DNA of 64,000 bases from Dehalococcoidia bacterium. Lineage in GTDB: Bacteria > Chloroflexota > Dehalococcoidia > UBA6926. The stretch's first letter is position 1; every line of letters starts with the position of its first letter. Positions 51,117 to 60,334 of the stretch are shown piece after piece. Below the pieces are notes generated by a model, which did no database searches, was not told the origin of the DNA, and worked only from the letters and a program-made list of their open reading frames with translations. A program made the translations under genes and the position numbers. The stretch is from contig CAXXET010000006.1 in NCBI GenBank assembly GCA_963666115.2, positions 384,001 to 448,000 on the forward strand, read 5' to 3'.

Positions 51117-52124
51117 ATGACAGACGCGCATGATGCTCCCCTCACCATTGGCAAGCTCCCCCCCAAGCTCCTTGCCAAACTCCTCGGGCAGGCCGATTTA
51201 ACAGACCCCAGCGTCATTCTCGGGCCGCGGATGGGAGAGGACGCGGCGCTCATTGACACCGGCGCGGATGACTACCTGGTTGTCAGTTCGGACCCGATCA
51301 CGTTCGCGGCGGAGCAGATCGGCTGGTACGCCGTTCACGTCAACGCAAATGATATTGCCGCAAGTGGCGGGACGCCCAAATGGATGGTGATGACCGTCAT
51401 CCTGCCGGACGGCTCTCCACCGCAACTCGCCAGGGACATCATGCGCCAAACACTGGACGCCTGCGCGGAGATTGGGGCTACGCTCGTGGGCGGCCACACC
51501 GAAGTGACTCATGGGATTGACCGCCCAATCGCCATCGGCACGATGATCGGCCAAGTTCGCAAGGGCAGGGAAACGCCAACCTCTGCGGCGCTGGAGGGCG
51601 ACGCCATCATCCTGACCAAGGGCGCCGGCATCGAGGGCACGGCCATTGTTGCTATTGAACGCGCCGACCGGCTTCGCGCCGCAGGCGTTTCCGATGGCGC
51701 CATCCGGCGCGCCGCTGATTTCCTGTACAACCCTGGTATCAGCGTCATCCGCGACGCCCAGATTGCCCTCCGAACAGCTCCCATCCACGCCATGCACGAT
51801 CCGACGGAGGGCGGCGTCGCAACGGCCCTCCATGAGATGGCGGATGCATCAGGCGTTGGCATTGAGATTGACACCCGCATGATCGAGACGATGACCCTCC
51901 CTGAGACTGTGGAAATCTGCCGGGCGCTTGACGTCGATCCCCTCGGGCTGATCGCCGCAGGCGCCCTTCTCATGGCGGCCACTTCCGACGATGCTCCCAG
52001 GATCATCGCCGCTCTGAAAGAGTCGTCGATACAGGCCGCCGTGATCGGCCGCGCTGTGCCGCGCTCCCTGGGCGTCAACGTGCCGCGCTTCCTGCGCGAT
52101 GAATTAGCGAGCGTTTTGTCGTAA
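51117..52124 (+). CDS. AIR synthase-like (PurM/HypE fold) protein
   Basis: GKLP, GEDAA, SSDPIT, NANDI, GGHTE, MHDPTEGG. Confidence 0.88.
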   Translation: MTDAHDAPLTIGKLPPKLLAKLLGQADLTDPSVILGPRMGEDAALIDTGADDYLVVSSDPITFAAEQIGWYAVHVNANDIAASGGTPKWMVMTVILPDGSPPQLARDIMRQTLDACAEIGATLVGGHTEVTHGIDRPIAIGTMIGQVRKGRETPTSAALEGDAIILTKGAGIEGTAIVAIERADRLRAAGVSDGAIRRAADFLYNPGISVIRDAQIALRTAPIHAMHDPTEGGVATALHEMADASGVGIEIDTRMIETMTLPETVEICRALDVDPLGLIAAGALLMAATSDDAPRIIAALKESSIQAAVIGRAVPRSLGVNVPRFLRDELASVLS

Positions 52125-52147
52125 TGACTGGCTGATGCGGCCGGCGG

Positions 52148-53611
52148 CTACGCCGCTTCCGGCATTGATTCCAGTATCAGTTCCGCGTACTGCAAGAGGT
52201 GACGATCCGGCAGGAACAAGTCGCGGGTGCGCTCCCGGGCCGCAGCGCCCATCTGCGCGGCTTTTTCCGGATTCATGAGCAAGTCCCTGATAGCGCGGCC
52301 GCACGCCTCGACGTCCGATGCGTCCGGCAGCAAGATACCGGTTTCTCCATCGATGACCTGTTGCCGGATGCCGCCCACTGCGCTCGCCACGATGGGTTTG
52401 CCCTTCCACATCGCCTCCGTCACCGTCAGCCCGAACCCTTCGGCCAGGCTCTTCTGCACGATGACCGTGGCATGGCTCTGGATTGCATTGATGACGGCTG
52501 CGTTTTCCTCACGGTCGTCCATCGGCACGCTCACCAGGTGAACTCGCCGGCGAATATCGTCCGGCAGCGACCGCCACTCGGCAGTACACTCCTCCAATAC
52601 CATCTGCGCCTCCGGGTCGTCCGCCACACCGCTCACCGCCGGTCCCACCAACCACAAGTGGGCGTTGCGCGGCGCGTCCGCCATTCCTGCGAACGACCGC
52701 ATCACCCCCGCCATGTCCTTGAGGCTGTCCCAACGGGCAACTTGCACAACGGTCGGGTCCTGCGGGCGGGGCAGGGCGCCCTCCGTCACGGCCTCGACGT
52801 GATGGGCAAACGTCCCGAGTGTGCCGTCATCTCTCGAAAACCGCGGCGGCGTGATAGGAATGGGGCCGTTGAGAAGGCCGGCCTTCACGAGGATGTCAAC
52901 TGCGGAGTTGCTGATGTCCGTGTTCTTTGGGCTAGCGGGATCGATGGACGGATTGATGACGCGGACGCAGGCCGGGTCGAGCCACGGCGGCACGTATTCC
53001 GGCAGGCTGAAAATGCACAAGTCCGCCTGCTCGACGTATGGGCGCAAGAACTCCCACGCCCCGGCCACGAGCGCATCATGCTGTTCATGGCCGATGTGAG
53101 ACCGCCAGATGACTCGCGCGCCTGCCCGGAGCAATTCCCCGGCCATGCCGGCGGTTTGAGGGTCGTGCAGGATGACGATGTCTCCGCTCCGTACCTGCGC
53201 CGCGATGTTGGCAGCGTTCCGGGCCAATACCTGCTCATAATGCGCGCGCTCCGTTTCGCCCAACGGCCCGCCGTCGCCCGCCTCTCCGTGCAGATTGTTG
53301 TGAATCCGCTTTGTTATGCGAAAAAACTCACTGTCTCCGTTGATGACGAGCCAGCGTGAATCGACGCCCGCCCCCTTTGCATAGCCGCATAAGCCCTGCA
53401 CGAGCTCGGCCACGCCGCCGCCCCTGGCTGTGGAGTTCACGTTGATGACGGCGCGCCCCCGCAATGCGCGGCTGACCGTCTCCGCCGCATCCGCAATCGC
53501 AGATCGACGCTCCTTACTGACGAACGGAACTAGCAGGTCAAGCGACCGAGGCGGCACCTCGACTTCCATGACCTTGCCCGCCTCAACAACCCTGCCGACT
53601 GATGTTGTCAC
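52148..53611 (-). CDS. TreT-like GT4 glycosyltransferase (trehalose synthase)
   Basis: NSTARGGGVAE, TKRIHN, HDPQ, WRSH, RWDSLKD, EGFGLTVTEA. Confidence 0.85.
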   Translation of the reverse strand: MTTSVGRVVEAGKVMEVEVPPRSLDLLVPFVSKERRSAIADAAETVSRALRGRAVINVNSTARGGGVAELVQGLCGYAKGAGVDSRWLVINGDSEFFRITKRIHNNLHGEAGDGGPLGETERAHYEQVLARNAANIAAQVRSGDIVILHDPQTAGMAGELLRAGARVIWRSHIGHEQHDALVAGAWEFLRPYVEQADLCIFSLPEYVPPWLDPACVRVINPSIDPASPKNTDISNSAVDILVKAGLLNGPIPITPPRFSRDDGTLGTFAHHVEAVTEGALPRPQDPTVVQVARWDSLKDMAGVMRSFAGMADAPRNAHLWLVGPAVSGVADDPEAQMVLEECTAEWRSLPDDIRRRVHLVSVPMDDREENAAVINAIQSHATVIVQKSLAEGFGLTVTEAMWKGKPIVASAVGGIRQQVIDGETGILLPDASDVEACGRAIRDLLMNPEKAAQMGAAARERTRDLFLPDRHLLQYAELILESMPEAA

Positions 53612-53666
53612 AATTCACCCCGCGCGCTTTCTGCGACCTCAGTACGATCAATTTAATTGTACGTGT

Positions 53667-54548
53667 CTAGTCATTTTCTACCAGAGAACTCCTCGGGTAC
53701 GAACCCAGCAGGCGGATGCGCTTGCAGATCGTCCCCAGCCCCGCCTCGACCTCCGCGAACGCCTGCGCCAGTCCCGCGTCACTGATATGGCCCAGGTATT
53801 CCACGATGAAGGTGTATTCCCACAGGCCCTCCTGCTGATCAAGTCGGGATGGCCGTGACTGAAGCATGGTTGCGTTCAGTCCGCGTGAAGAGAACAGGTT
53901 GAGCACCTTTACGAGGGCGCCCGGCTGATTCTCGACGTCGAACAGGATCGTCGTCTTGTCCCCGCCCGTTGCTTCGGGCACATGATCCTTGCTCAGCACC
54001 CAGAAGCGTGTCGCGTTCTCAGCCCCGTCCTCCATGTTCTCGCGCACAACTTTCAGCCGGTAATACATTGCTGCGATTGCGTTGGCCAACGCTGCCGCCC
54101 CGGGGTCTTCGGATGCCGCCACGATCTCCGCGCCGCGTGCCGTGCTCGACTCCTCGATGACCTCGATCTCGCGCCCCAATTCTTCCGACAAGCGCCGGAT
54201 ATTGCGGCGGCACTGGCTCAGCGCCTGGGCGTGTGAATAGATGCGCGTCACCTGCTCCAATGATGTCTTGGTCAGGAGGTGGTGGTGAATGGGCAAGAAG
54301 ACTTCAGCCACCACGTTGATGCCCTCCGTCGCGCCCACGAAATCCAGCGTCGCGCCCACGGTTCCTTCAAGGAGGTTCTCGATGGGCAGCACGCCGTATT
54401 CAATCTCACCCTGCTGGACGGCCTGGCAGATTGCCTCCGACTCCATCGGCTCGAAAATGGCGTCCCGGCCAAAGTGGGCAATGGCCGCCAGGTGGGTAAA
54501 CGTGGCCTCCGGCTGGAGAAATCCTACACTGGGTCTATCAAAGCTCAT
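53667..54548 (-). CDS. pheA: Prephenate dehydratase
   Basis: PIEN..EG.V, SHAQALSQC, NATRF, C-terminal ACT domain with SRP and LGSY. Confidence 0.92.
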   Translation of the reverse strand: MSFDRPSVGFLQPEATFTHLAAIAHFGRDAIFEPMESEAICQAVQQGEIEYGVLPIENLLEGTVGATLDFVGATEGINVVAEVFLPIHHHLLTKTSLEQVTRIYSHAQALSQCRRNIRRLSEELGREIEVIEESSTARGAEIVAASEDPGAAALANAIAAMYYRLKVVRENMEDGAENATRFWVLSKDHVPEATGGDKTTILFDVENQPGALVKVLNLFSSRGLNATMLQSRPSRLDQQEGLWEYTFIVEYLGHISDAGLAQAFAEVEAGLGTICKRIRLLGSYPRSSLVEND

Positions 54549-56584
54549 GCGCGCTCCACTTTCATCCGCACAAATCCACGCTTGCCCATTTTAACAATTG
54601 CTCCCTCCACGTCCTCCGGCGAGAGTTGGAGAGTAGGCTCGGTGTGGCGATGGTCGTTGATCTCAAGGCCGCCCTGCTGGATCAGCCGCCTCGCGTCTCC
54701 GCGGCTGGTGGCGAGGCCAGTCCCCATGGCTACGTCCAGAATCGTCAGAGACCCGTTTGAAGGCTTAAAGGAAACCTCATCCACGTCCTGCCGCATGTTC
54801 CCTTCATCCACCACGCGGGTGAACTCTGCCTGCGCCCGCTGTGCCTCATCAGCGCAGTGCAGCCTCTCGGTCACCGCCCGCGCGAATTGTTCGCGGGCGT
54901 CCTGCAGATTGGACTCTGTGGACAGGCGGCGGCGAACCTCCTCGATCTCCTCATCCGGCGTATCCGTGAGCACGCTCATGAACATCGGCAGCAGTTCATC
55001 GCTGACCTGCGTCAGCTTGAAGAACATGTCGACGGGGTTCTCTGTGAGGTCGACGGTATTCCCGTAGGACTTGCTCATCTTGCGGCCATCCAGCCCCGGG
55101 ATGAGTGGTGTCATCAGCACGTGCTTTGTCTTGCCGTTGTAATTCCGCACAAGGTCTCGGCCCACCATCATATTGAACATCTGGTCACGGCCGCCAAGCT
55201 CCGCGTCCACGCTCATCGCCACTGAGTCGTACCCCTGTAGCAGAGGGTACAGCGTTTCATGCAGGTGGAGGGGCCGCTGCTGCGAGAGCCGTTCCTGGAA
55301 CATATCGCGCTCAATGAGCTGCTGCACCGTGACGTTCGCGGCAATCTCGATCATGTCTCGTAGCGAGAGGGAATCCAGCCATTCCCCGTTCCACTTGATT
55401 TCAACAGGATTGTCTCCGCCCAGATCGAGCACGGCCGCAATCTGGTCGCGCCACGTCTGGGAATTCGCGACCACCTCGTCGCGTGTCAGTTGACTGCGCT
55501 CTGCCGACTGCCCCGTTGGATCGCCGATCCTTGCGGTGAAATCACCAAAGAGAAAGATGACACGGTGGCCGTGCAGTTGGAACCATCGCAGCACGCGCAG
55601 CGAGAGATAGTGGCCGATATGGAGGCTCGTGCTCGTCGGGTCGAATCCCTGGTAGATGGTGAGCCGGCGTCCGGAGTCCAGCGCCTCTTGCAGTTCCTCC
55701 TCGACGATTACGCCATCCAGGATTCCGCGGCGCAACAGGTCTGATAACGACCACGAGCGGAGCGCTTCATCCGCCGGCGGGGCGGGGTACGGCTTGGCGC
55801 CGTCGTCTGCCGACTCACGGGGAAGCAGGGCGGTGGCCGCTTCAACGTCTTTCACCTGCGTTAGTGAAGCATCATCCTTGGACAACGACGTCTTGTCTGC
55901 GCTTACGTAGCCGTAGGAAACGTCTCCGCCGAGCGCCGCCTTGACCAGCAGCGCCAGTTCCTGCGTCGCCGCCTCCACGCGCTCAAGAGTCGCATCGCTG
56001 AAACCGTCGACGGGAAAGACCATCGCGCGGCTTTCCGGCGTCGTCATGGCGTTCTCCGCCTGCCGCCACACCCAGCGCCGCGTGCGGATTTCGTTTCCGC
56101 TTGCATAGACCGGCTCGCCGGGGGGCAGGTTCTCGGTATCGTCACCGGCGGAGGCCGCAAATGTGTCTCCCTCCCGGCTCAGTCGCACGGCAATGTCGCC
56201 GGGGAGTCGATCCACGTCATGCGCGCCAACCGGCACGAGATGTTTCAAGGAGATGAGGTTGGCGATATCGGCAGCCGGGTTGATTGAACGAACATAGTCG
56301 CCGCGCAGGCATCGCTGGGCGAGGGCCGTGACAGAGGGCATGTGAGTCCGGGGGTTGATTCTCTCCGACTCGAACGCTGCCTCCCACCTGGCGATGGCCG
56401 GATGGCCGTGCAGACCGGCCCCGCCAAGCCGCCAGGGCACAGCCTGTGCCGCCTCGCGCAGCGTGCGCTGGAGCGCGCCGACGTCTTCTGGGGAGGGCGC
56501 AGTCGCGTCATGTACGAATACAACACCCACAACATACGTTGGGCGCCGCGCCAGCAGGTCGTCTGAAAGCTCAAACACCATCAC
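54545..56584 (-). CDS. tyrS: Tyrosyl-tRNA synthetase with N-terminal B3/4 (PheRS-beta editing-like) domain
   Basis: N-terminal INPAADIANLISL..PVGAHD..RRWVWRQ. C-terminal GFDPT..HIGH, YPLLQGYD, GGRDQ, KMSKS, S4 domain. One continuous frame. Confidence 0.92.
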   Translation of the reverse strand: MMVFELSDDLLARRPTYVVGVVFVHDATAPSPEDVGALQRTLREAAQAVPWRLGGAGLHGHPAIARWEAAFESERINPRTHMPSVTALAQRCLRGDYVRSINPAADIANLISLKHLVPVGAHDVDRLPGDIAVRLSREGDTFAASAGDDTENLPPGEPVYASGNEIRTRRWVWRQAENAMTTPESRAMVFPVDGFSDATLERVEAATQELALLVKAALGGDVSYGYVSADKTSLSKDDASLTQVKDVEAATALLPRESADDGAKPYPAPPADEALRSWSLSDLLRRGILDGVIVEEELQEALDSGRRLTIYQGFDPTSTSLHIGHYLSLRVLRWFQLHGHRVIFLFGDFTARIGDPTGQSAERSQLTRDEVVANSQTWRDQIAAVLDLGGDNPVEIKWNGEWLDSLSLRDMIEIAANVTVQQLIERDMFQERLSQQRPLHLHETLYPLLQGYDSVAMSVDAELGGRDQMFNMMVGRDLVRNYNGKTKHVLMTPLIPGLDGRKMSKSYGNTVDLTENPVDMFFKLTQVSDELLPMFMSVLTDTPDEEIEEVRRRLSTESNLQDAREQFARAVTERLHCADEAQRAQAEFTRVVDEGNMRQDVDEVSFKPSNGSLTILDVAMGTGLATSRGDARRLIQQGGLEINDHRHTEPTLQLSPEDVEGAIVKMGKRGFVRMKVERA

Positions 56585-56620
56585 ACGCGCCTCTCGGGCA
56601 TTGTGAAACAGGGGCTGGAG

Positions 56621-56706
56621 TGGTGGCAGGAGAGGGATTCGAACCCCCGTAGCCCTAGGGCGCCAAGTTTACAGCCTGGTGCGTTTGTCCACTCCGCCAT
56701 CCTGCC
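56621..56706 (-). tRNA. tRNA-Tyr(GTA)
   Basis: Acceptor GGCAGGA/TCCTGCC, anticodon loop ctGTAaa, long variable arm, GGTTCGAATCC, ACCA. Confidence 0.95.
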
Positions 56707-56799
56707 AGTGCTACGCATTCTACCGACCATCGCCATTTCACGTCATGCCCCGTGCCATGTTGTTGCGAGTGTTGCCAAGGGCCTTGAGGCTCCCGTGCC

Positions 56800-57822
56800 C
56801 TAGACCTTCCGCCCAATTGCATTCGCGATGCTGTGGATCTCCTTGTGCAACTCGGGCAGCCACTCCATGGGCAACGACTGCGCCCCGTCAGAGAGCGCCA
56901 TCGTGGGGTCCGGGTGCGCTTCGATAATGAGCCCGTCCGCCCCTGCGGCAACCGCAGCCTTCGCCATTGGCATCACCAGGTCGCGCTCACCCGTGCCGTG
57001 GCTGGGATCAACGACGACCGGCAGGTGGCTTTCGCGCTTGAGGATCTGTACCGCGGTCAGATCAAGGACGTTGCGAGAGAATTCATCGTCGAAGCTGCGG
57101 ATGCCGCGCTCGCACATGATCACGTTCCAGTTGCCCTCGCTGATAATGTACTCAGCGCTCAGCAGCCACTCGCGGATGGTGGCATGGAATCCGCGCTTCA
57201 GCAGGACCGGCTTGCGCGTCTGCCCCACTGTTTTGAGCAGCCGAAACGCGTGCATGGTGCGAGCGCCGATCTGGAGGATGTCCGCGTACTCCTCGCACAT
57301 TTCCACGTCCATCTCGGACATCACCTCTGTGATGACCATGAGGCCGAACTCATCCGCGACGTTTCTCAGGATGCGCAGCCCTTCCAGCCCCAGCCCCTGG
57401 AACGTATACGGGGAGGTGCGCGGCTTGAACGCGCCGCCGCGAAGAATGGTGAAGCCGAGTTGCTTGTCCATCTCGGCAATCTGCCTCACCTGTTCCTCGG
57501 ACTCCACGGCGCAGGGCCCCACCATCATGGCCACGGGCGCGCTTGGCCCGATCTTCACACCATTCGGCAAGTCGATTATGGTGTCCCGCTTTCGGAAATC
57601 CCGGCTCACGTGCTTGTACGGCTTCATGATGCGGACCACGTGGTCCACACCCGGCAGGATTCTCAGGACGTCATCGCCCCCTGCCGTGGTATCGCCAATG
57701 ACGGCAACGACACTGGTGAAGTCGCCCGGCTCCACGTCCGCCCGGTAACCAAGCTCCTGGATCTTCTCGACGACGCCGTCCACGTCTTCCTGTGTCGCGT
57801 CAGTCCGCATTACGACGATCAT
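56800..57822 (-). CDS. aroF: DAHP synthase type I-beta
   Basis: N-terminal regulatory domain, GPCAVES, KPRTSPY, IGAR, LKRG, DPSH, SDG.Q. Confidence 0.93.
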   Translation of the reverse strand: MIVVMRTDATQEDVDGVVEKIQELGYRADVEPGDFTSVVAVIGDTTAGGDDVLRILPGVDHVVRIMKPYKHVSRDFRKRDTIIDLPNGVKIGPSAPVAMMVGPCAVESEEQVRQIAEMDKQLGFTILRGGAFKPRTSPYTFQGLGLEGLRILRNVADEFGLMVITEVMSEMDVEMCEEYADILQIGARTMHAFRLLKTVGQTRKPVLLKRGFHATIREWLLSAEYIISEGNWNVIMCERGIRSFDDEFSRNVLDLTAVQILKRESHLPVVVDPSHGTGERDLVMPMAKAAVAAGADGLIIEAHPDPTMALSDGAQSLPMEWLPELHKEIHSIANAIGRKV

Positions 57823-57879
57823 TGCGTGCGCTTTCCTCCGGCCGCGCGGCCTGTGTCCTCTCCACCTGTCCTGATAATC

Positions 57880-57911
57880 GAAAGCCCCCCCGCATCAATC
57901 GGGGGGGCTTT
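57880..57911 (-). terminator. Attenuator hairpin upstream of aroF
   Basis: AAAGCCCCCCC-gattgatgc-GGGGGGGCTTT. Confidence 0.65.
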
Positions 57912-57937
57912 GCCTTTTCCTTTACTATGCGCGTCAA

Positions 57938-58015
57938 TCAGACGAGCAACACCGGCGGCCCACCCCGCAGGGGGCGGCTAAAATCGTAATAGCGATAGCC
58001 GACGCCGATCATCAT
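57938..58015 (-). CDS. Tyr/Phe-rich leader peptide MMIGVGYRYYDFSRPLRGGPPVLLV
   Basis: YRYYDF codons upstream of aroF-tyrS-pheA. ATG lies 6 nt after TTGACA-18-TAGGAT (58051-58022). Confidence 0.7.
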   Translation of the reverse strand: MMIGVGYRYYDFSRPLRGGPPVLLV

Positions 58016-58087
58016 GCCAAAATCCTACTGACGTCCTATTGAATCTGTCAAGTCTTTGAACCCGGTTTGAAACCGTTCTTAGACTGC

Positions 58088-58117
58088 TTGACATTTCCGC
58101 TGCCGCGCGAATAGACT
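58088..58117 (+). promoter_or_regulatory. Sigma70-type promoter
   Basis: TTGACA-18 nt-TAGACT, then GGAGG RBS. Confidence 0.55.
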
Positions 58118-58137
58118 GACCACGCTCCGGAGGCAGA

Positions 58138-58368
58138 ATGGCACGCGGCAAAACCAAGCTAATGAAGCAGGTGGAGGAGCGCTATGGGCGCCCCTTGGAG
58201 CAGCTTTTGCCGGAACTGTACAACGAACTGGGACTGCCCGGCATGTCCGAAGAACTCGGCATCAGCAAGGGAACTCTCTGGTACTGGCTCCTCAAGATGA
58301 ATCTCACCGTCAAGCGCGTTGCGCTCGCCCCCGGCGAGAGCCTGGAAATCAAGCGCGAAGCCTCCTGA
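58138..58368 (+). CDS. Small HTH DNA-binding protein
   Basis: MSEELGISKGTLWYWL; strong RBS. Confidence 0.75.
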   Translation: MARGKTKLMKQVEERYGRPLEQLLPELYNELGLPGMSEELGISKGTLWYWLLKMNLTVKRVALAPGESLEIKREAS

Positions 58369-58396
58369 GCGCCGGCGGCCCCGCCAAGGCCCCATT

Positions 58397-58858
58397 GTGC
58401 GACGGTTCACCAGGGAACTTTCCGCCCTCGTCGTCATCATCGTCCTGATTGGACTTGCGATCCTGCTTGCGCCCACCGTTCGCGGCATCCTCGCCGAACG
58501 CGCTCATGACGCGGACCGTTCGCTGCTGCAAGATGCCGTTCCTATCTACCAGGAGGCGCGCGTCTTTCCCCAGCCGGAGTGGCCGACTCTATCCGGAGAA
58601 ATCGGCGCGCCTCGTGAAGGGAACACAGCAGGCTATCAATGCGACGGCTCAGATGCTGGAGAAATCTGCTCTTGGCTCGCCCTGGAACTGCTTGCGGACC
58701 ACGGAGGGCTGGAGTCCACAGCCGCCGTCACGTCGGCTGAAACGACACTCAATGTTGGCGCAACGAACGCTCCGAGCGGCAATTATGGTTGGTACATTGA
58801 TGCCACAGGACAGATTGCATCCGAGCCAGTGTTCAACAGGGATGTGGGGTATCCCTAA
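58397..58858 (+). CDS. Pilin/pseudopilin-like protein with divergent N-terminus
   Basis: RFTRELSALVVIIVLIGLAILLAP helix, D..LLQDAV..Y, Cys pair. Confidence 0.45.
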   Translation: MRRFTRELSALVVIIVLIGLAILLAPTVRGILAERAHDADRSLLQDAVPIYQEARVFPQPEWPTLSGEIGAPREGNTAGYQCDGSDAGEICSWLALELLADHGGLESTAAVTSAETTLNVGATNAPSGNYGWYIDATGQIASEPVFNRDVGYP

Positions 58859-58863
58859 CAGTC

Positions 58864-59352
58864 CTATTCCCCCGCCAGCAAATCCACGAAGTCTACGCCC
58901 AGAGCGTTCGCTATGGAAGCTAGAGTCTCCAGTCGAGGCGCTTGCTCACCCTTCTCGATGCGCGCTAGGGTTACCCGACCAATGCCCGCCCTGCTTGCTA
59001 GCGCGACCTGCGTCATTTCAGCCGCCTGCCTGTGGCGACGAACTCGCTCAGCGATTGCGCGCCGCCCCTTCTCCATAGTCACTGCCGTCCGGGCCCCAAA
59101 AGACTCGTCGCAATGCCATCGGACGAAGTCCCATGGAAGTTCTTCGTGCGAACCATCCGAAAGAACCAGAACGATCTCATAGGGATTGGGCAGTTCGAGA
59201 CTGCTAACAGCCGCGCGTCCGTCAATGCCATTGATTGCGCCAAATGGCACTACCCCCGACGCCCCGTCCGCGTACGTCACGGAGATGCCGCTATCGCGGA
59301 TGTCCGCGGCAATCATCATCTGCTCCGCGTTCCGAACGGCCACCGCGCTCAT
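58864..59352 (-). CDS. XRE-HTH protein with N-terminal DUF2442-like domain (putative antitoxin)
   Basis: ISVTYADG..VPF; MTQVALASRAGIGRVTLARIEKG. Confidence 0.75.
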   Translation of the reverse strand: MSAVAVRNAEQMMIAADIRDSGISVTYADGASGVVPFGAINGIDGRAAVSSLELPNPYEIVLVLSDGSHEELPWDFVRWHCDESFGARTAVTMEKGRRAIAERVRRHRQAAEMTQVALASRAGIGRVTLARIEKGEQAPRLETLASIANALGVDFVDLLAGE

Positions 59353-59355
59353 CGT

Positions 59356-59592
59356 TCATTCCCCGTGAATCTCATTCCATGCCTGCCGAATCTCAGCGAC
59401 GTGCCGCAAAAATGCCGCCATGATGGCCCGATAATTCCCCGGTGGCGGCTCGTCCATGTAGACTCCGCCGCGCAACTCGATGCGGCACAGCGACTCATTC
59501 CCTTCCCAGACATGAACATGCGGCGGCTCTCGCGGATTTTCCCTCGTATTGACGACAAACCGGAATCGTCCCTCGACCGCAACTGTCGGCAT
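59356..59592 (-). CDS. DUF4160-family protein (putative toxin)
   Basis: MPTV..RF..E..EPPHVHV..AWNEIHG. Confidence 0.85.
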   Translation of the reverse strand: MPTVAVEGRFRFVVNTRENPREPPHVHVWEGNESLCRIELRGGVYMDEPPPGNYRAIMAAFLRHVAEIRQAWNEIHGE

Positions 59593-59738
59593 ACGATTAC
59601 CCTGGAGTGTATCACGAACGATACACAAAATCGAAATACACTTCGCCTACCACACCTTAAACGAAGACGGGCAGCCGCCCGGCACCGCCGGATTGCTGCC
59701 CGTCCATCAACTTCTCTCGTGCGGCAGCGCGGGAGTGA

Positions 59739-60233
59739 TTACGCCGGATACACGATCTCCCCGCCGGAGGTCTGGCGCGAGGGCTGGCGGGTGGTGTCCG
59801 CGCCCTTGGTGGCCCAGAAAATCTCGGAGATCTCCTGAACCGTCGCGACCAGGGCCTGCGCGTTGTCCATGCTCACGCTCTGGCGCGCAGCGGAACCCTG
59901 CTTCATCGCCGTGAAGAAGAGGTTGTGCAGGTTCGGGTGCTGCTCCAGGTGCTCCGGGCGGAAATAGTCGCCCCACAGGATGCGCAGCTCCTTCTTGGCA
60001 AGCTCGGCGTGCTCCTCCTTGACGGCGATGTAGCGGATGAGCTTGTTGCGCGACTCCGCGTCCGAAATCTCGCCGAGGTCTGTGATCAAATTCACCATCC
60101 TGACCACCGTGTGGGCCGCAATCTGCGCCGCGTGCGGGTCATAGATGCCGCAGGGGATGTCGCAGTGGGCTTGGACTGTCGGGGCCGGCGAAACCTTCTC
60201 GAGCAGTCGCAGGGCTATACTCAGAGCGGACAT
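59739..60233 (-). CDS. sodN: Nickel superoxide dismutase precursor
   Basis: Propeptide followed by the nickel hook HCDIPCGIYDP; KEEHA, ILWGDYF. Confidence 0.95.
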   Translation of the reverse strand: MSALSIALRLLEKVSPAPTVQAHCDIPCGIYDPHAAQIAAHTVVRMVNLITDLGEISDAESRNKLIRYIAVKEEHAELAKKELRILWGDYFRPEHLEQHPNLHNLFFTAMKQGSAARQSVSMDNAQALVATVQEISEIFWATKGADTTRQPSRQTSGGEIVYPA

Positions 60234-60334
60234 TATTTCCTCCCGTCGATTCTCGCGCTAGTGACGCGCCAAAGCTGTCTCAAACGTGAACGATGGTACA
60301 GTAGCCCTTGCGCGCCACGCAAGGAAAATCGCAC

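Noticed and set aside
56621-56706. tRNA-Sec, suggested by the long variable arm
   Set aside because: Anticodon is GTA with a 7-bp acceptor stem, so it is an ordinary tRNA-Tyr.
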